Source of the DNA: Pseudomonadota bacterium
GTDB taxonomy: Bacteria > Myxococcota > JACRCW01 > JAFGSX01
Length of the DNA stretch: 64,000 nucleotides
Assembly: GCA_043821645.1 (NCBI GenBank)
Contig: JBDRCO010000051.1
Location: forward strand, 184,928 to 248,927
Reading direction: 5' to 3'
Positions 28,847 to 38,333 of the stretch are shown in pieces. Below the pieces are notes generated by a model. The model did not search any database. It was not told where the DNA came from and worked only from the letters and a program-made list of their open reading frames with translations. Position 1 is the first letter of the stretch, and every line of letters begins with the position of its first letter. The position numbers and the translations under genes are program-made.

Positions 28847-30841
28847 GTGCCCAGGTTCACATTTCCCGTGTTGACCCTTGTCCTCGCAGGCTGCCCGGCC
28901 TCGCCCGTGACGACGACAACCACGCCGGCGCCCGGTGCCGTGGAGCCACCCGCACCTCCCACGCGCGCCTCCGAGCTGTCGCGCTACCAGGGCGTGGCCC
29001 GGGCCTCGCTGCCTGCGCTCGAGCGGCAGGACTTCAATCGCCTGGCTGCCCTGGAAAACGTGCCGCTGTTCTGGCTGCAGGACGCACTCGCCCCGGGCAA
29101 TCTGGTCGAACTCGAGGATGGGGCGCTGTCGCGCTACGTGCAGGGCCAGGCCTTCACGCCGGCCTTCGATGCTCTGTATGCACGCCTGGTCGATCGCCGC
29201 CGCATCGAGGCGGTCTCCCGCGAGCTCACGTCGGGCTGGCTCACCGCCGTGGTCACCGATCTGCGCAACGCCTCCGACGCCGACAAGAAGCTGGTGCGCC
29301 ACATCCAGCGCGCAGCCCGCGTCATCGAAGACCTCTACGCGGTGCAGACCGGGGCCGCGGCGGTCCAGGCACAACCCCTCGACAGCCCGAGCAAGGAACT
29401 CTACCGGCGCAACCAGGGCTACTGGTGCGAGGGGCCGCAGACCCGCGACGATGCCTTCTGCAACGGCCTGCTGAGCTTCCCCAAGCAGGCCAGCGACGCC
29501 TACCCCCGGGGCACCACCCAGGATGAGGCCTGGTGCGAGAAGTTGCGCAACGCACCCGACGCCAAGGCGCTGATGGATCCCTTCTCCGTGGTACGCGAGA
29601 AGCGGGGAGCCCTGGTGGCCGTGCCTTACCTCGAGGTCTACGGCGACAAGATGCGTGCCGTGGCCACCGAGCTCAAGCAGGCCAGTGCGCTGCTCGGCGA
29701 CACCGAGGCGGCTTTCAAGAAGTACCTCGAGGCTGCCGCCCGCGGCTTCGAGACCAACAACTGGAACGAGGCCGACGAGGCCTGGGTCGCGATGAACTCG
29801 CACAACAGTGCCTGGTACCTGCGCATCGCCCCCGACGAGGTCTACTTTGACCCCTGTAACTCCAAGGCCGGCTTTCACGTGTCCTTTGCGCGCATCAACC
29901 CGGCCCTGGTCGAGTGGCAGAACAAGCTGACGCCACTGCGGCAGGACATGGAGCAGGCCCTGGCTGCCCAGATCGGCCCCCCGTACAAGGCGCGCGAGGT
30001 CTCCTTCGCCCTGCCCGACTTCATCGACATCGTGCTCAACGCCGGCGACGCGCGCAATGCCTTCGGCGCCACCGTGGGCCAGTCGCTGCCGAACTGGGGC
30101 CCGGTTTCCGAGCGCGGCGACGGCCGCACCGTGGTCATGACCAACCTGTACAGCGGCCCCGACTCCCGGGCGGTTTACCGCCAGAAGGCCGCACTCCTGT
30201 TCGACCCCGGCACCCTGAAAGCCCTGCGCGACGACGACGTCGGTGAATACCTGGACATCTTATTACACGAGGCGAGCCACAACTTCGGGCCCCACAGCGA
30301 CTACAAGCTCGACGGCAAGCCGCCGCGCGAGGTGTTCGGCGGCCTCACGGCGTCCATCCTCGAAGAACTCAAGGCCCAGACCGGTGCCCTGTGGTTCACC
30401 GAGTGGCTGCGCCAGAAGGGTGTGATCGACGACGCCATGGCGCGCGCGACCCACACCGGATCGATGCTCTGGTGCTTCGGCCAGATCAGCCGCGGTCTCC
30501 TCGGCAGCGACGGCAAGTACAACGTGTACCCGACCCTGGCCGCCATCCAGGTGGGCTTCTTGGTGGACGAGGGCGCCCTGGTGTTCGACCCCGCCCTGGA
30601 TCCTGCAGGTAGCGGCGACAAGGGGCGCTGGAGGCTGGTCTACAGCAAGTTCGTGCCGGCGGTGAACAAGCTGATGCGCCTCGTCGGCCAGATGAAGGCG
30701 GGGGGCGACAAGGCCGGGGCCGAGGCCCTGATCCGCCGCTTCACCGAAGGCGAGGGCCTGACCAAGATCCACGAAGCCCTGGTCAAGGAGCGCGTGCTGC
30801 GCTTCCCCAAGGAGAGCTTCGTGTACGCGGTCCGGATGTGA
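28847..30841 (+). CDS. M49 family (dipeptidyl peptidase III-like) zinc metallopeptidase lipoprotein
   Basis: Lipobox LAGC, LPN, HEASH..GP, LEELKA. Confidence 0.8.
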   Translation: MPRFTFPVLTLVLAGCPASPVTTTTTPAPGAVEPPAPPTRASELSRYQGVARASLPALERQDFNRLAALENVPLFWLQDALAPGNLVELEDGALSRYVQGQAFTPAFDALYARLVDRRRIEAVSRELTSGWLTAVVTDLRNASDADKKLVRHIQRAARVIEDLYAVQTGAAAVQAQPLDSPSKELYRRNQGYWCEGPQTRDDAFCNGLLSFPKQASDAYPRGTTQDEAWCEKLRNAPDAKALMDPFSVVREKRGALVAVPYLEVYGDKMRAVATELKQASALLGDTEAAFKKYLEAAARGFETNNWNEADEAWVAMNSHNSAWYLRIAPDEVYFDPCNSKAGFHVSFARINPALVEWQNKLTPLRQDMEQALAAQIGPPYKAREVSFALPDFIDIVLNAGDARNAFGATVGQSLPNWGPVSERGDGRTVVMTNLYSGPDSRAVYRQKAALLFDPGTLKALRDDDVGEYLDILLHEASHNFGPHSDYKLDGKPPREVFGGLTASILEELKAQTGALWFTEWLRQKGVIDDAMARATHTGSMLWCFGQISRGLLGSDGKYNVYPTLAAIQVGFLVDEGALVFDPALDPAGSGDKGRWRLVYSKFVPAVNKLMRLVGQMKAGGDKAGAEALIRRFTEGEGLTKIHEALVKERVLRFPKESFVYAVRM

Positions 30842-32163
30842 CGCACATGCGTGCACTCCTCGTCGACACCAGGACCTGCATCGCGCCCTTCGAGGAGCGC
30901 GCGGACGAGGCCCTGTTCCTGTCCGGCACCGTGCGCCAGGTGGTCGACGCCTCCCTGGCCCAGCTGCGCTGCACCCCCGTGCTCGCCGAGTCTGCCCAAG
31001 CCCTGGCGGCGCAACCCGACGAGCTCGTGCTGGTGCTCGCGGACCGGGTGTTCATCTCGCACAAGGCGCTGCGCGATTTCCTGCGCGCAGCCCGGACTCG
31101 ACTCCCGGCCCGGCTCAGCCTGCGCCGCACGCCCAGCGTCGACTACCTGCTGCCGGTGACGGACTTGCAGCCGCAGGCCCTGGCGCCCGCGGACTTCGAG
31201 CTGTCCCAGGCACGGGTGGCGCGCCTCGAGCGTGAGGCCAGCGAGCGCGTGGATCACGACGTGTTCCTGCTCAGTGGCCGCGATCTGCCCACCGAACTGC
31301 GCGGCGAGGAGCTGCTACAAGCCCTGCGCGAACGCTGTCAGCCGGTGGTGGTCAAGAAGCGCGAGATCGCGATCCCGGTGCGCCTGCCCACCCTGGGCAG
31401 CGCTGCCCAGCAAACCATGCGCTTCCCCATCACCTCGACGGTGGTGGCCGAGCTGCGGCACTGGGTTCACGTGCTGTGGCTCAACCAGCTGGCCCTGGGC
31501 ATCTTCTGGATGGACCGCCTGCGTCAGCGCCCGCTGTGGATGCTGTGGCGCGCCGCGACAGCCCTGCCCTGGACGCGCACTCGCCTGCTGCAGCGCCTGG
31601 TGGTGCGCGGCCGTCGCTGCCGCATCCACCCCACGGCCCACGTCGAGCTCAGCGTGCTCGGCGACGACGTGGTGGTCGGACCCCACGCCAGCATCCGCAA
31701 CAGCTTCGTCGGCAACGGCGCCGAGATCGGCAGCCACGCCACCGTGCTCAACAGCAGCATCGGCCCTGGGAGCTTCATCACCGAGAAGACCTTTGTCATC
31801 TGGAGCGCCTGCTATCCCGGCGCCACCATTGGGAATTACAAGCTGCAGGTGTCGCTCATAGGACGCGATGCGCATCTCAACGCCTGGGCCGGGCTCATCG
31901 ACGCCAAGTTCCAGGGCCAGGTGCAGGTCGAGCGCGGCGGACGTCTGATGTCGACCGAGCGATCCTTCCTCGGTAGCTGCGTGGGCCATCGCGCGGTGGT
32001 GGCGTCCAAGATCCTGGTGCTTCCCGGCCGCGCCATCCCCAACGACGCCATCGTGGTCATGCGCCCCGACGAGGTGGTATCCGAGATTCCGAGCGACCTC
32101 GCCACCGGACAGCCCCTGGTGCGCGACCACGGCACCCTGGTCCCCCTGAGCAGCCTGCGCTGA
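30838..32163 (+). CDS. Protein with a C-terminal left-handed beta-helix (hexapeptide repeats)
   Basis: IHPTAHVELSVLGDDVVVGPHASIRNSFVGNGAEIGSHATVLNSSIG; GTGA overlap with the peptidase stop. Confidence 0.7.
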   Translation: MTHMRALLVDTRTCIAPFEERADEALFLSGTVRQVVDASLAQLRCTPVLAESAQALAAQPDELVLVLADRVFISHKALRDFLRAARTRLPARLSLRRTPSVDYLLPVTDLQPQALAPADFELSQARVARLEREASERVDHDVFLLSGRDLPTELRGEELLQALRERCQPVVVKKREIAIPVRLPTLGSAAQQTMRFPITSTVVAELRHWVHVLWLNQLALGIFWMDRLRQRPLWMLWRAATALPWTRTRLLQRLVVRGRRCRIHPTAHVELSVLGDDVVVGPHASIRNSFVGNGAEIGSHATVLNSSIGPGSFITEKTFVIWSACYPGATIGNYKLQVSLIGRDAHLNAWAGLIDAKFQGQVQVERGGRLMSTERSFLGSCVGHRAVVASKILVLPGRAIPNDAIVVMRPDEVVSEIPSDLATGQPLVRDHGTLVPLSSLR

Positions 32164-32459
32164 GCCCTGACCGGTTCTATGGCTCGGCATGGCCGAGGCG
32201 CGCCATTTTGAAGGGAGGTCGGCAGCCAGGTGGGGTGATCTCACCCATGCTAATGGGCCAGCTTCCTGGCCCGCCAAAGGGCGGTCCGCGAGGCCTGCAG
32301 CGCTGTGTGATGAGTTTATTATTTCTTTATTTTACGTGGTGTTATCTTTTTTTTCTCAAGTCTCCGCGCAGGTGACCTGGTTTGTGATATGGTACGCCGC
32401 CTTTCATGGCACTGTGGTTTTTACGCAGCATGTTCAACCACCCAGAGAGACGGGTCAGC

Positions 32460-32741
32460 ATGAAGGACACAACAGAGTTCAGCTACGACGTGGACAAGCA
32501 GATCGTTGAGGGATTCCTGAGCAACAAGTCCGCCATGTACAACAACTTGGGCGAGGTCGGCTATTCGCGCCGCGTGCTCAAGGAGCGCGCCGAGAAGCTG
32601 GGGCTCACCCAGTCCCTGCTCGCGCAGCACTCGGCGGGTGAAGTTCAGCTGGCCGTGCGCAGCTGCCTCAACTGTGATGAGCCCTTTGTCTCCGTGGGCT
32701 CTTTCAATCGCCTGTGCAAGCGCTGTAGATCCAGGCACTAG
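32460..32741 (+). CDS. Small protein with a putative HTH and a C-terminal C4 zinc finger
   Basis: CLNC...F.S.G..NRLCKRC; GYSRRVLKERAEKLGL helix. Confidence 0.75.
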   Translation: MKDTTEFSYDVDKQIVEGFLSNKSAMYNNLGEVGYSRRVLKERAEKLGLTQSLLAQHSAGEVQLAVRSCLNCDEPFVSVGSFNRLCKRCRSRH

Positions 32742-32879
32742 ACCGATTTCAAGCCTCGCGCGCCTTGGCCCTACCACGCGGTAGGTGCCGGGTCCGGGCT
32801 GTGTCCTGAAGGCCAGGATCCGCCCTGGCGGCAAAGCCCTGCGCCCCTCCTGCTGCGCTCCGGTCTGTGGAATCCCGAT

Positions 32880-32912
32880 AAAAAACGGGCCCCGTTGCCA
32901 GGGCCCGTGTTC
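32880..32912 (-). terminator. Rho-independent terminator for the 32941-34953 gene
   Basis: ACGGGCCC/GGGCCCGT stem preceded by an A run (a T run on the minus strand). Confidence 0.75.
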
Positions 32913-32940
32913 GAATCACAGGTTCACAGGAGCCGAGTGA

Positions 32941-34953
32941 TCAGCCGTCCGTGCCGTCAAAGAACTTGTCGTAGATCCCCTTGACGAACTTGGGGTCGAC
33001 GTAGGGGTTGCGGCTGTTGGCGCCGGCCCAATCGTTGAAGGCCGAGGGCCGCCACAAAAAGTCCGGGTTCTCGCTCTTCCAGCCACTGTTGACCACCTCA
33101 CCCTTGTCGTTGGTCTCGAGCCAGTAGCGGTAGTTCTTGCCGGCGTAGTCGCTGTCCCCGAACATCACGTCCATCTGGTACTCGACCACGGTGTTCTTGG
33201 GATCGGCAGGGCCATTGTGGCCCTTGAGGTCCTTGACATCGTCAGCGCTGAGCTTGCTGGCGCTGTTGAGGTCGGCCTTCCAGAAGTTGTAGTTCCACAC
33301 GTGGGAGCCGCTGTCGCGGTCCATGGCGGCGGGCCGCTTGTCCTCGCCCAGCCACTTGATCATGGTCGAGTGGAACTCGGCCGGGGCCATGTCCTTGCTG
33401 TCCTCGCGGGCCACGTGCTTGATGTCGGTGGCCTTGATCACCTCTTCCTTGCCGTCCATGCCCCGGAACCTGATCGTCTTGTCCGCGTCCTTGTAGGGGT
33501 CGGTGAGCACCTGGTAGTCGCCGTCCCAGCGCCACATGTCCTTGGAGTTGAAATCCACCTCGTCGAGCAGCTTGCCCTGGATCTGGCGGCCGTCCTTGAG
33601 CACCAGGATGTCGGGCTTGTCGTCGTAGCGGTTACCGATGAAGTCGGTGCCCTTGGCCTGGCTGTCGGCGAGCACGGTGAGCAGGCCGCGCAGGTCCTGC
33701 TTGGTGAAGGTCACGCCGTCGACGGTGACGCTGTCTTTTTGCGGATCCTTGAACAGGATGCCGGCCAGGGCCACCTTGTCGCAGCTGCCCCACCAGCCCA
33801 CGCTCATGCTGCCGTCGATCTTTCCGTCGCTGCCGGCGTGGGTGTAGAAGACCTCCTTGGCCTGGTCCTCGGTGAGCTTGGTGCCGTCGGGCTTGGTGAA
33901 CTCGAAGCCGGTGATCTTGCCGCTCGCGTCCTTGAGCTCGGTGCGCTTCAGGTCGATGGTCTTGTCGCCCTCGGTGAGCTTGGGCTTGAGCTGGCCGCGG
34001 CTGGACACGGCCGCGAAGTCGCCGCGGCTGTCCAGGAAGTCGACCTTGACGCCCTTGCTGATCTTGCCGTCGCCGTCGAAGTCGACGCCCGTGGTGTACT
34101 CGGCGTCGCGCTCGCTGAGGTTGCTGTTGGGGATGAACTCGCCCTTGTTGGCCGAGTCGCCGATGAGCCAGTTCAGGGCGGGCTTGCGCTCGAACTCCAG
34201 CGCCTTGGCCTTGTCCGCCTGACCGCGGGCGACGAGCAGCTTGTCCAGCTTGCCCAGGGGACCTTCCTTGGCCCACAGGTTGCTGCCAGCGCTGCCGGCC
34301 TGATCCATGTCACCGGAGCCGGCCATGGGCCAGTAGGTGGTGGTCCACACCTTGTGGTCGGCGGCCATCTCGCGCTTGTCGAACTTGTTGATGTCGGTGC
34401 CGCGGGCGGTCTCGGCCAGGTCGCTCACGGTGTCGAAGTCGGTGTCCTTGGCGTCGAAACCCCGCGCCGGCGACTGGCGACCGGCGTTGAGCAGCTTCTC
34501 GACCTGGGCGTCGACGGTCTTGGGGTCCTGCCCGGCGCCCAGCGCCTTGAGCTTGCCCGCGTATTCAGCGAACAGGCCAAAGGCCTTCTGCGGGTCCTGG
34601 AACTCGGCGCCGCGCTCGTTGACCTCGGCCTTGAAGGTGTCGGCCACCTTGCTCAGGTCGGTCAGGGTCGACACGTGGTTGGACAGGGTGCCTGGATCGA
34701 CGGGGCCGGGAGGCGTCGGCGGCGGAGTCGGGGCGACGCCGATGAAGGCCTCGAGCTGGGCCTTGGCCGCGGGGTCAAACTTGTCGCCGTGCTCCTTGAG
34801 GATCTTCTGCAGGTCCTTCTTCTCGGTCTTGGCCAGGCCGGAGCCGTCCTTGGCGGACTCGATGAGCTTGCCAACCTCGGCCTCGGTGATCTTGTTGTCG
34901 GCGATGATGCTGGGGAAGAGGTTGCGCAGACCCCTGTCGCGAATGCTCGTCAT
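32941..34953 (-). CDS. Transglutaminase-elicitor (GP42-like) family protein with an extra N-terminal helical domain
   Basis: WTTTYWP, WWGSC, GVTFTKQDLRGLL, FIGNR, DMAPAEFH, VWNY, YRYWLE...GW...PDFLW, all in the order typical of the family. Confidence 0.75.
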   Translation of the reverse strand: MTSIRDRGLRNLFPSIIADNKITEAEVGKLIESAKDGSGLAKTEKKDLQKILKEHGDKFDPAAKAQLEAFIGVAPTPPPTPPGPVDPGTLSNHVSTLTDLSKVADTFKAEVNERGAEFQDPQKAFGLFAEYAGKLKALGAGQDPKTVDAQVEKLLNAGRQSPARGFDAKDTDFDTVSDLAETARGTDINKFDKREMAADHKVWTTTYWPMAGSGDMDQAGSAGSNLWAKEGPLGKLDKLLVARGQADKAKALEFERKPALNWLIGDSANKGEFIPNSNLSERDAEYTTGVDFDGDGKISKGVKVDFLDSRGDFAAVSSRGQLKPKLTEGDKTIDLKRTELKDASGKITGFEFTKPDGTKLTEDQAKEVFYTHAGSDGKIDGSMSVGWWGSCDKVALAGILFKDPQKDSVTVDGVTFTKQDLRGLLTVLADSQAKGTDFIGNRYDDKPDILVLKDGRQIQGKLLDEVDFNSKDMWRWDGDYQVLTDPYKDADKTIRFRGMDGKEEVIKATDIKHVAREDSKDMAPAEFHSTMIKWLGEDKRPAAMDRDSGSHVWNYNFWKADLNSASKLSADDVKDLKGHNGPADPKNTVVEYQMDVMFGDSDYAGKNYRYWLETNDKGEVVNSGWKSENPDFLWRPSAFNDWAGANSRNPYVDPKFVKGIYDKFFDGTDG

Positions 34954-35010
34954 GACGCACTCCTGCCAAACTTGGTTTGGTGAAACTTGAGCAGCAAGTT
35001 GAAAAACCTT

Positions 35011-35038
35011 TATAAAAACGCCCCAGGGGCGTCAGCAA
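35011..35038 (-). promoter_or_regulatory. Candidate sigma70 promoter with a dyad in its spacer
   Basis: Minus strand TTGCTG-N18-TATAAA; the spacer contains ACGCCCC-N-GGGGCGT (35018-35032). Confidence 0.5.
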
Positions 35039-35410
35039 CATGCGTCGTCCCGAGCAGAACCAGGACGTACCCACAGGTTACCAAGCACCAAGGGGCTGTG
35101 CAACCTGGCGCCTCGCGCCCTGCGGGCCTGCACTGTGTAGCGCGTTCACCTGCAATCTGGCGTGAGATCTCTCACTTTTTGGGGGCCGGGCGAAGCTGCC
35201 CCAGCAGCACGCGGCGGGAATAATCCCCCCTCGTCTTGCATTTGAATGGCGAACCGGTTAATTCCGCGCGCTTACGAAGTGCGGAGGGGACCGTGAGGGG
35301 ATGGCCCCACGCGGGCCGGAATCCCCGAGGATGCGAGCGCAGGGACGGATCAGGCTGGCGGCCTGGGCAAGGGCTGCACAGAGCGACACCGAGCTAGCAG
35401 GTGGTGACCC

Positions 35411-36400
<990 letters not shown>

Positions 36401-36426
36401 ACGACGTGTGAGTCGGGAGTCTCGTC

Positions 36427-37347
36427 GTGGAAACCCGTGAGCTGATCAAGAAGATCCGGCGCCTGGAGATCGCCACCCGGCGTGCCGTGCACACCCAGCT
36501 CGCGGGTGGCTACCACTCCGTGTTCAAGGGTCGCGGCATGGTGGTCAGCGACGTGCGCCCCTACCAGACCGGCGACGACTGGCGCGCGGTGGACTGGAAC
36601 GTGACCGCGCGCACCGGCGACCTGCACGTCAAGGAGTTCATGGAGGAGCGCGAGCTGGTGGTGGTGCTGGTGGTGGACCTCAGCGCCTCGCTGCGCTTTG
36701 CCACGCGCCAGGCTGCCAAGCGCGAGCTGGCGGCGCAGCTGGCCGCCCTCATCGGCTTCACGGCCATCCGCAACCGCGACAAGGTGGGTCTGTGTCTGTT
36801 CACCGATCACGTCGAGGCCTACCTGCCCCCCAAGAAGGGGCGCCAGCACGGGCTGCACGTGATTCGCGAGATCCTGGGGCGCCAGCCCGAGGGCGAGGGT
36901 ACGCGTCTCGACCTGGCGCTGGAGTTCGTCGCGCGCGTGGTGCGGCATGGCTCGGTGGTTTTCGTGGTCAGCGACTTCCTGTTCGGTGACGACGGGCTGC
37001 TCCCCGCGGTCGAGGTCCAGGCGCGGGTCGAGCGCGCCCTGCGCATCGCGGCGGTGCGCCACGACCTGGTGGCCCTGCAGGTCAACGATCCCTTCGAGCA
37101 GGCTCTGCCCGAGGTGGGCCTGCTGCGCGTGCGCGATCTCGAGAGCGGCCGCGATGCCCTGGTGGACACCTCGAACGTACAGGTGCGCGCCCGCTACGCC
37201 CAGCTGCAGGCGGCGCGGCAAGCGACCCTGGACAGCCAGCTCGCTCGCCTGGCCATCGACCACCTACACATACGCAGCGACGAGGATCCTGTGCCTCCCC
37301 TGGTGTCCTTCTTTGCGGCGCGGCGCCATCGCGGCGGGAGGGCCTGA
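36427..37347 (+). CDS. DUF58 family protein
   Basis: YHSVFKGRG, VRPYQTGDD.RAVDWNVTAR, EEREL, SDF. Confidence 0.95.
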   Translation: METRELIKKIRRLEIATRRAVHTQLAGGYHSVFKGRGMVVSDVRPYQTGDDWRAVDWNVTARTGDLHVKEFMEERELVVVLVVDLSASLRFATRQAAKRELAAQLAALIGFTAIRNRDKVGLCLFTDHVEAYLPPKKGRQHGLHVIREILGRQPEGEGTRLDLALEFVARVVRHGSVVFVVSDFLFGDDGLLPAVEVQARVERALRIAAVRHDLVALQVNDPFEQALPEVGLLRVRDLESGRDALVDTSNVQVRARYAQLQAARQATLDSQLARLAIDHLHIRSDEDPVPPLVSFFAARRHRGGRA

Positions 37348-37349
37348 GC

Positions 37350-38333
37350 GTGCGCTGGACCCTCCTCGTCACCGCGAGCGTGCTGTGGACCGCCGGGCTG
37401 TGCGCGCAGGACGCAGCCGGAGGCGCGGCTCTTGACGCCTCTGTCGCCGAGGATGCGGGCTCCGGTTCCGGCCCCCATCTCGACGTGATCGCCCGCCTGG
37501 AGCCGGCACAGGTCCAGCTCGGCGAGCGCTTCGAGCTGGTGGTCGAGGTGCAGCGGTCCCCCGAGCAGCGCATCGAGGTGCCGGCCCGGGTGCAGAACGA
37601 TCAGGTATCGCAGCTGGGCGAGGTGCAACGCCAGGTGCGCCAGGACGGCGAGCGGGTGACCGAGACCCTGCGCGTACCGCTGGCAGCCTTCGCCTTGAAG
37701 AACGTCGAGACCCCGGCGCTGCCGCTGCGCCTCGGCGACGGCGAGATCGTCGAGGTGGCACCGCTCCCTGTGACCGTGCAGACCGCGCTCGGCGACGATG
37801 CGGCCGCGCAGGGCCTGGCCGAGGCCAAGGGTCCGGTGGAACTGACGCGCTTTGACCCACGGCCGGTGGCCGTGCTCGGCGGCATCGTGCTGCTCGGGCT
37901 GCTTGGCGTCGGCCTGTGGTGGTGGCGCCGTCGACGCAAGCGACGCGGCGTGGCCGCACCCAAAGCCGAACCTCCCCGCCCTGCCCACGAGGTCGCCCTG
38001 GAGTGCCTCGACGCCCTGGAACGCTCACCCTGGGTCCAGCAAGGCGAACTGCAGCGCTTCGTCGACGAGGCCATCGCCATCCTGCGAACCTACCTGGGCG
38101 CGCGCTACGGCATCGCGGCCCTCGACATGACCTCGACCGAACTGCTGACGGCTCTGGAGACCATCCTCGACGCTCGCCTCGACGTGGACGAGGTCAGGCA
38201 GATCCTGGGCGCGACCGATCTGGTCAAGTTTGCCAGGGCCCCCACCACCACCCGCGCCTGTGCCGCACTGGTCGACAAGATTCGCCGGCTGGTGCGGGTC
38301 ACGACGCCACGCCGGCAGGGGGTCGCAGCGTGA
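37350..38333 (+). CDS. Bat-operon membrane protein (Ig-like domain, TM helix, cytoplasmic domain)
   Basis: PAHEVAL..L, ALDMTSTE, DLVKFA motifs; position between DUF58 and batA. Confidence 0.85.
   Translation: MRWTLLVTASVLWTAGLCAQDAAGGAALDASVAEDAGSGSGPHLDVIARLEPAQVQLGERFELVVEVQRSPEQRIEVPARVQNDQVSQLGEVQRQVRQDGERVTETLRVPLAAFALKNVETPALPLRLGDGEIVEVAPLPVTVQTALGDDAAAQGLAEAKGPVELTRFDPRPVAVLGGIVLLGLLGVGLWWWRRRRKRRGVAAPKAEPPRPAHEVALECLDALERSPWVQQGELQRFVDEAIAILRTYLGARYGIAALDMTSTELLTALETILDARLDVDEVRQILGATDLVKFARAPTTTRACAALVDKIRRLVRVTTPRRQGVAA

Noticed and set aside
25959-28874. 971-aa antisense ORF (similarly 14964-16940, 15937-18081, 33217-34983, 52491-54629, 60590-62566)
   Set aside because: Antisense shadows of well-supported genes, caused by high GC3 and stop-codon scarcity; no recognisable motifs.
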